From: a virus
DNA length: 64,000 bases
Strand: one strand, 5' to 3'
Virus record (IMG/VR): IMGVR_UViG_3300021963_000054
Span: 40,952-104,951 of that record
Each line of letters opens with the position of its first letter. Position 1 is the stretch's first letter. Positions 59,159 to 64,000 of this stretch are shown here, piece after piece. The notes beneath the pieces were generated by a model. That model ran no database searches. It worked only from the letters and a program-made list of their open reading frames with translations, and had not been told where the DNA came from. The translations under genes and the position numbers were made by a program.

Positions 59159-60091
59159 ATGCAACATTTATTGTGGACCGAAGCACATCGTCCCAAAACT
59201 ATTGAGGAGTGTATTCTACCAGAACGTCTGAAAAAGCCGTTTCAAGAATATGTAAACTCGGAAAAGATTCCACACCTGTTACTATCTGGCGGTGCAGGTG
59301 TTGGAAAAACTACAGTTGCGAAAGCAATGTGTAATCAGATTGGTGCTGACTACATTATGATTAATGGTTCAGATGAATCGGGCATTGATGTTTTTCGTAC
59401 CAAGATTAAAGACTTTGCATCGTCAATGTCATTCACTGGCGGTCGCAAAGTTATTATCATTGATGAAGCTGACTATCTAAATCCAAACTCAACGCAACCA
59501 GCTTTGCGTAATGCAATGGAAGAATTTGCATCTAACTGTTCTTTCATCTTTACATGTAATTTCAAGAATCGTATTATTGACCCACTACATAGTCGGTGTG
59601 CAGTTGTTGACTTTACATTAAAGAATGATGAAAAGACAAAGATGGCTGGGCAGTTTTTCAAGCGCATCCAGTCAATTTTGCAAAGTGAAAATGTTGAGTA
59701 TGAAGACAAGGTAATTGCTGAATTAGTCAAGAAACACTTTCCCGACTTTCGGCGCATCTTGAATGAGTTGCAACGCTATTCACAGTTTGGTAAGATTGAT
59801 GTTGGTATTCTTGCACAGATTGGTGATATATCAATTGCAGAAATCACCAAGCACTTGAAGAACAAAGACTTTGGTGCAATTCGTAAATGGGTTGCTACTG
59901 CTGACTTTGATGCCGCAACATTGTATCGTAAACTGTATGATAGTCTTTATGAAGTATTGCAACCACAAAGCATACCTCAAGCGGTTATTATTCTAGCCGA
60001 CTATCAATACAAGCAAGCATTTGTTGCTGATGCTGAGATTAACACCGTTGCCTGTTTGACTGAACTTATGGTAAGTGTGGAGTTTGTATGA
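59159..60091 (+). CDS. gp44: clamp loader large subunit gp44
   Basis: RPKTIEECILP, GGAGVGKTT, IIDEAD, PLHSRC, FPDFRR.LNELQRY. Confidence 0.96.
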   Translation: MQHLLWTEAHRPKTIEECILPERLKKPFQEYVNSEKIPHLLLSGGAGVGKTTVAKAMCNQIGADYIMINGSDESGIDVFRTKIKDFASSMSFTGGRKVIIIDEADYLNPNSTQPALRNAMEEFASNCSFIFTCNFKNRIIDPLHSRCAVVDFTLKNDEKTKMAGQFFKRIQSILQSENVEYEDKVIAELVKKHFPDFRRILNELQRYSQFGKIDVGILAQIGDISIAEITKHLKNKDFGAIRKWVATADFDAATLYRKLYDSLYEVLQPQSIPQAVIILADYQYKQAFVADAEINTVACLTELMVSVEFV

Positions 60092-60273
60092 GTGATTTTG
60101 AAGTACACCCAATTGGAACATCTACTGAGATTAAATATTCAAGAGAATTAGTTAAAGCAATTGAGCAGATTACGTACCAATATGGAGACGGTATCGTGCC
60201 TAAGTCTGTTTTCAATGCATATTTGAAACTAAAACAACATTATGCGATTCAGATTGCAACAGAAAATCTATGA
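60088..60273 (+). CDS. hypothetical protein
   Basis: 61 aa, ATGA-coupled on both sides. Confidence 0.65.
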   Translation: MSDFEVHPIGTSTEIKYSRELVKAIEQITYQYGDGIVPKSVFNAYLKLKQHYAIQIATENL

Positions 60274-60560
60274 TAATAGATTTATTCAAACCTACTATTG
60301 ACTGGATCAAAGATGACTATCGTTCTAATCGCATTCGTTTTGCTGTTGAGTTGCTGGCTTGGGCTATTAGTATTGGCTGCTCAATCACCATGGCACTCAC
60401 TGTCCCAAGTCCTCCTCTTCTGGCTCTGTATCCTGTGTGGATTGCTGGTTGTGCCATGTATGCTTGGGCTAGTTATACTCGGAAATCATTTGGGATGCTT
60501 GCTAACTATCTATTGTTGACTACCATTGATACAATTGGTTTGTTTAGGATGCTGACATGA
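60270..60560 (+). CDS. small membrane protein (about 3 TM helices)
   Basis: 96 aa with three hydrophobic segments; ATGA-coupled. Confidence 0.7.
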   Translation: MIIDLFKPTIDWIKDDYRSNRIRFAVELLAWAISIGCSITMALTVPSPPLLALYPVWIAGCAMYAWASYTRKSFGMLANYLLLTTIDTIGLFRMLT

Positions 60561-60940
60561 ACCCATTTGATTATGTAAACCAAATTCTGCAAGGTAAAAA
60601 GCAGTTGATTGTTGATGACTTTACAGAAAAGTCCTATGAGCCATTTCTAGTGAATCGTGCGCTTTCCTACCACAAGGATTGCATCATGTACGCCAACGAA
60701 ATGAATCGTAGGTCTCTCCTAGACAAAAAACTACAGAATGACTATTTACTAAATATAGTTAGGTCCAAGAAAAGACCTTTCAATAAGTGGGTTAAGGCTG
60801 AAAAAAGTGAAGATATAGCATGTGTTAAAGCATACTTCGGTCTGTCCGATTCTAAAGCCCGTGAAGCCTTACGACTACTTAGTGATGAACAAATCCAAGA
60901 ATTAAAAGAAAAAACCGATATCGGTGGATTAAGGAAATGA
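60557..60940 (+). CDS. gp62: clamp loader small subunit gp62
   Basis: PFDYVN.I, Y.PFLVNRALS...D...ANEMN, KRPFNKW.K, KAREAL.LL. Confidence 0.93.
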   Translation: MNPFDYVNQILQGKKQLIVDDFTEKSYEPFLVNRALSYHKDCIMYANEMNRRSLLDKKLQNDYLLNIVRSKKRPFNKWVKAEKSEDIACVKAYFGLSDSKAREALRLLSDEQIQELKEKTDIGGLRK

Positions 60941-60941
60941 A

Positions 60942-61343
60942 ATGGTCGACTTATCAACCTTTGTTGAGGTAACACTAAACGAACACGATGACTTCTTAAA
61001 AGTAAGAGAAACACTAACCAGAATTGGTGTATCTTCACGTAAAGAGCGGGTTCTATACCAGTCTTGCCACATCTTACACAAACGCGGACAGTACTATATT
61101 GTACACTTCAAAGAACTATTCGCACTAGATGGTAAACCTTCTAGCATCATAGATAACGATATTGAAAGACGGAATGCTATTGCTAAACTATTGGAAGAAT
61201 GGGGTCTAGTTAAGATTGTTAATCCAGAAATTATGGTAGACAAGATTGCTCCAATCCATCAAATTAAGATTATATCTTACAAAGAAAAAGATGAATGGGA
61301 ATTAGTTAGCAAATATAACATTGGAAAGAAATCTCAAGAATGA
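60942..61343 (+). CDS. regA: translational repressor RegA
   Basis: DDFLKVRETLTRIGVSSRK..LYQSCHILHK.G.YYIVHFKELF.LDG. Confidence 0.96.
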   Translation: MVDLSTFVEVTLNEHDDFLKVRETLTRIGVSSRKERVLYQSCHILHKRGQYYIVHFKELFALDGKPSSIIDNDIERRNAIAKLLEEWGLVKIVNPEIMVDKIAPIHQIKIISYKEKDEWELVSKYNIGKKSQE

Positions 61344-61355
61344 TTGAGGTAAACT

Positions 61356-61541
61356 ATGAAAAAAGTGAAAGAAAAAATTACAGAGTTGAAAAACATCTAC
61401 ACTGGTGAGATTGTTTGCACCAGCAATTTGTATGAGAAAAGAGTGGATAGCACAATGACATTTATTCAAGTTTACAAACCGGAAGAACCACAAAGAAAAT
61501 ACTTCGTAAATGGTGCGGCCTTCGTAAAGTTGCATAAATAA
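61356..61541 (+). CDS. hypothetical protein
   Basis: 61 aa with RBS GAGG. Confidence 0.65.
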   Translation: MKKVKEKITELKNIYTGEIVCTSNLYEKRVDSTMTFIQVYKPEEPQRKYFVNGAAFVKLHK

Positions 61542-61544
61542 CTG

Positions 61545-61664
61545 TACCCACCTTAGGGCTGTTTGATGCTACGGTATAAGGCGTCCGTGTAATTACACCT
61601 CCAACACGATAGTTTGGACCAGTATAAGGTAAGCTGGAGTTACGCCTTCGGGGTAACATTTTTT
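61545..61664 (+). ncRNA. candidate multi-stem/pseudoknotted leader RNA upstream of hsp20
   Basis: GC-richer 150-nt intergenic region with several helices and a C(UUCG)G hairpin, after a CATAAATA box at 61533. Confidence 0.5.
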
Positions 61665-61666
61665 AA

Positions 61667-61692
61667 CTTGCTTTTAAAAGGAGAACTTTATG
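61667..61692 (+). promoter_or_regulatory. ROSE-like RNA thermometer hairpin sequestering the hsp20 SD
   Basis: CUUGCUU pairs with AAGGAG leaving a bulged G, the ROSE U(U/C)GCU hallmark. Confidence 0.6.
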
Positions 61693-62136
61693 ACATTAAG
61701 ATTCACACATCTATATCCTTCCGTTGTTGGCTTTGACCGACTACTTGATACATTTGATACTATGCTAACGGAAAAACCTACCACTTTCCCTCCACACAAC
61801 ATCGTTAAGGTTGATGAGAATAACTATCTCGTTGAACTTGCTGTTGCTGGCTTCAATGAAAGTGAAATCACTATTGAGGTGTTGAAGAATACTTTGACAA
61901 TCAAAGGTGAAAAAGAAAACCTTGGTGACGGTAGACAGTATATGCACCGCGGTATTGGCACACGTTCATTTAAGAAAACTGTGACGTTGGCTGATACTGT
62001 GCAAGTTGATGGTGCAAGTTTGGAGAATGGTATTCTTACTGTAAAGTTAGTCAATGTTGTACCAGTTGAAAAATTACCGGTAAAGATTGCTATCAATACT
62101 GTAAGTAAGCCACAACTTCTTCAAGAAAAAGTTTGA
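61690..62136 (+). CDS. hsp20: small heat shock protein Hsp20 (IbpA-like)
   Basis: VGFDRL, FPPHNIVK, ELAVAGF, HRGIGTRSF, A.LENGIL.V.L. Confidence 0.95.
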   Translation: MTLRFTHLYPSVVGFDRLLDTFDTMLTEKPTTFPPHNIVKVDENNYLVELAVAGFNESEITIEVLKNTLTIKGEKENLGDGRQYMHRGIGTRSFKKTVTLADTVQVDGASLENGILTVKLVNVVPVEKLPVKIAINTVSKPQLLQEKV

Positions 62137-62198
62137 TTATTACCTAAAAAATCTGCCTTCTTGTGTTATAATAAGCACTTGAAGGCAGAAAGTAAACT

Positions 62199-63083
62199 AT
62201 GAAAATTGCACTAGCATCTGATGTACACCTTGAGTTTGGTGAAATCTCTTTTGAGAATACCGAGAACGCTGATGTTCTTATTCTCTCTGGAGATATTTGC
62301 GTGGCTAGAGATTTGATGAAAAAAGATGATATTGGATTCTTTGATGCGAATGTTCGTTCACAAATTTACCATAAATTCTTTAGTGAATGCGCTGAAAGAT
62401 TTCCGCATGTCATTTATATTATGGGGAACCATGAACACTATAACGGTGATTATCGGCACACTCTTACAACTTTGCGTGATAGGCTGTCTTATATACGCAA
62501 TCTTCATATCCTAGACAAAGATACTTTTGTTCTTGATGATGTAACATTCATCGGTGGTACTTTGTGGACAGATATGAACAAAGAAGATCCAATCACTCTC
62601 ATGCAAATGCCAGGTATGATGAATGACTTCCGTTGTGTGGACAACAGTCACCGCATGGTAAATTTTAAATCATACGAACAGATCCATGGTGTAGACAATA
62701 GAGAAAATCCCATCTTCAAACAACGTGCGGCTCGTTTCACACCAGAAGATGCTGTTGAAGACCATAAGCAAATGATGGACTACATTCGCATTATGATTGA
62801 AGGTAAATGGGACCAAAAGTTTGTTGTTGTTGGTCATCATTCACCAAGCAAACAATCAACACATCCTAGATACAAAGAAGAATTGATTATGAATGGTGGC
62901 TATAGTTCCAATTTGGATGATTTTATCATAGACCATCCGCAAATTAAACTATGGACTCATGGTCATACGCATGAAGACTTTGACTACATGATTGGTAGCA
63001 CAAGAATTGTTTGTAATCCACGTGGTTACATTCGTTACGAAGACCGTGCAGATAGATTTGAACTTAAATTTTTGGAGATTTGA
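62199..63083 (+). CDS. calcineurin-like metallophosphoesterase
   Basis: SDVHLEF, LSGDI, GNHEHY, GHH.P, HGHTH, NPRGY. Confidence 0.9.
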   Translation: MKIALASDVHLEFGEISFENTENADVLILSGDICVARDLMKKDDIGFFDANVRSQIYHKFFSECAERFPHVIYIMGNHEHYNGDYRHTLTTLRDRLSYIRNLHILDKDTFVLDDVTFIGGTLWTDMNKEDPITLMQMPGMMNDFRCVDNSHRMVNFKSYEQIHGVDNRENPIFKQRAARFTPEDAVEDHKQMMDYIRIMIEGKWDQKFVVVGHHSPSKQSTHPRYKEELIMNGGYSSNLDDFIIDHPQIKLWTHGHTHEDFDYMIGSTRIVCNPRGYIRYEDRADRFELKFLEI

Positions 63084-63084
63084 T

Positions 63085-63255
63085 ATGAAACCTGGTCCTA
63101 ACTTTAAAATTAATCGTAGTGTTAAACGCCGTATGGCTACTATGGTTAATCCATTTGAGAGGCATTTGTATAAGAATGCTATGATTCAAGCACAACTTAT
63201 TGGAAACAAGCCTGTTGTGCATGAGAAGAAAAACAAAAACAAAAACGGAGAATAA
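63085..63255 (+). CDS. small basic hypothetical protein (56 aa)
   Basis: ATG at 63085 after GGAG: MKPGPNFKINRSVKRRMA...YKNAMIQAQL. Confidence 0.65.
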   Translation: MKPGPNFKINRSVKRRMATMVNPFERHLYKNAMIQAQLIGNKPVVHEKKNKNKNGE

Positions 63256-63257
63256 TA

Positions 63258-63707
63258 ATGTCAGTAACATTAAAAAATCTTGAGAGCGCATTGGCTGGTG
63301 AATCAATGGCTCATATCAAGTATCGGTATTTCGCTAAGATTGCTATGGAAGAAGGGTATGAGGAAGTTGCCAAACATTTTTGGCACACAGCAGACCAAGA
63401 ACTTCTACATGCATGGGGTCATCTAGAATTGTTGATTGGTAAGCCTTCTACCAAAGAATGCTTAGAAAAAGCAATTGAAGGTGAGACTTATGAGTTTACA
63501 GAAATGTATCCACAGTTTCAAGCTATTGCTGAACGTGAAGGTAACATTGAAGCGGCTAAAGAAGCCTATGAGCAAATTGAAGAATCAAAAAAACATGCGG
63601 AACAATTCAAAGCAGTTTTAGCTAAGGCAGAAAAACGATTCAATGCTTTGAAGAAAGTTGAAGAACGCCATGCAAATGCATATAAACAAGTATTGGAGGC
63701 ACTATGA
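63258..63707 (+). CDS. rubrerythrin (short form lacking the rubredoxin domain)
   Basis: NL..ALAGES.A..KY.YFA..A..EG, E..HA, GE.YE...MYP.F...A..EG, E...HA. Confidence 0.9.
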   Translation: MSVTLKNLESALAGESMAHIKYRYFAKIAMEEGYEEVAKHFWHTADQELLHAWGHLELLIGKPSTKECLEKAIEGETYEFTEMYPQFQAIAEREGNIEAAKEAYEQIEESKKHAEQFKAVLAKAEKRFNALKKVEERHANAYKQVLEAL

Positions 63708-63838
63708 AACCAGATTACGTATGCGTAGTATGTGGTCATGTCCACGATGAAGAAACTGAAGGCAAGTGGGAAGATTTGCCAGAAGACTTTCTATGCCCAG
63801 AGTGTGGTGTAGGTAAAGAAGATTACGAAGTCGTATGA
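63704..63838 (+). CDS. rubredoxin (44 aa, not in the ORF track)
   Basis: MKPDYVCVVCGHVHDEETEGKWEDLPEDFLCPECGVGKEDYEVV: two CxxCG knuckles; ATGA overlap. Confidence 0.9.
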   Translation: MKPDYVCVVCGHVHDEETEGKWEDLPEDFLCPECGVGKEDYEVV

Positions 63839-64000
63839 AACAAAAATTTCGTGATGCGTATATGAAGGTGGCGGAGACATTCGCAGGATTGTCAACGGCT
63901 CGTAGACTTCATGTTGGTGCCATTGTAGTCAAAGACGATAGAATTATATCTATTGGCTACAATGGTATGCCATCAGGTTGGGATAACAACTGTGAAGATA
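63835..64000 (+). CDS. dCMP deaminase, N-terminal part (3' truncated by window)
   Basis: YMKVAETFAGLSTARRLHVGAIVVKDDRIISIGYNGMPSGWDNNCE. Confidence 0.88.
   Translation, partial: MKQKFRDAYMKVAETFAGLSTARRLHVGAIVVKDDRIISIGYNGMPSGWDNNCED

Noticed and set aside
61541-61690. tRNA or known ribozyme (pistol, twister, hammerhead) in the hsp20 leader
   Set aside because: No cloverleaf or TTCGA T-loop and no match to the catalytic cores I know; kept only as an unclassified structured RNA.
1270-63306. Minus-strand ORFs of 60-200 aa throughout the window
   Set aside because: All are shadows of well-supported + strand genes with biased codon usage; no independent homology or signals.

Overview
A 64-kb, AT-rich segment of a large T4-like myovirus with a cyanophage/pelagiphage-type core gene order. 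A freshwater proteobacterial host is an inference only. All real genes are on the + strand. 1-25.6 kb: the 3' end of a large baseplate-associated structural gene, then an unusually long array of about 12 mosaic tail-fibre/receptor-binding-like genes and small chaperone-like partners. These carry Mtd-N-like N-termini, QAN(V/T)GA coiled-coil repeats, collagen segments, ERMRIDSSGN repeats, a gp10-like adaptor domain and an S74 chaperone domain, with visible recombination scars between cassettes. 25.8-27.7 kb: two 2OG-Fe(II) oxygenases and a GT-A glycosyltransferase behind a late promoter. 27.7-44.2 kb: neck, tail and head module (gp13-gp23, gp3), with a Dps gene between the terminase subunits and an HNH homing endonuclease after gp23. 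44.2-64 kb: uvsY, uvsW, gp55, gp47/46, def, a candidate DNA-hypermodification set (TAGT/GREB1-like GT, SAM MTase, cytidylyltransferase, second GT, dATP/dGTP diphosphohydrolase), a vWA-peptidase/MoxR pair, gp45/44/62, regA, hsp20, rubrerythrin, rubredoxin and a partial dCMP deaminase. The most interesting candidates are a peptide-docked branched fibre assembly with cassette shuffling, a late hydroxylation/glycosylation module for collagen fibres, pseudoknotted 5' leader RNAs before hsp20 and a wHTH gene, promoter boxes embedded in hairpin loops, and an antisense sigma70 promoter in front of gp55. All family assignments come from motif recognition by eye; no searches were run.
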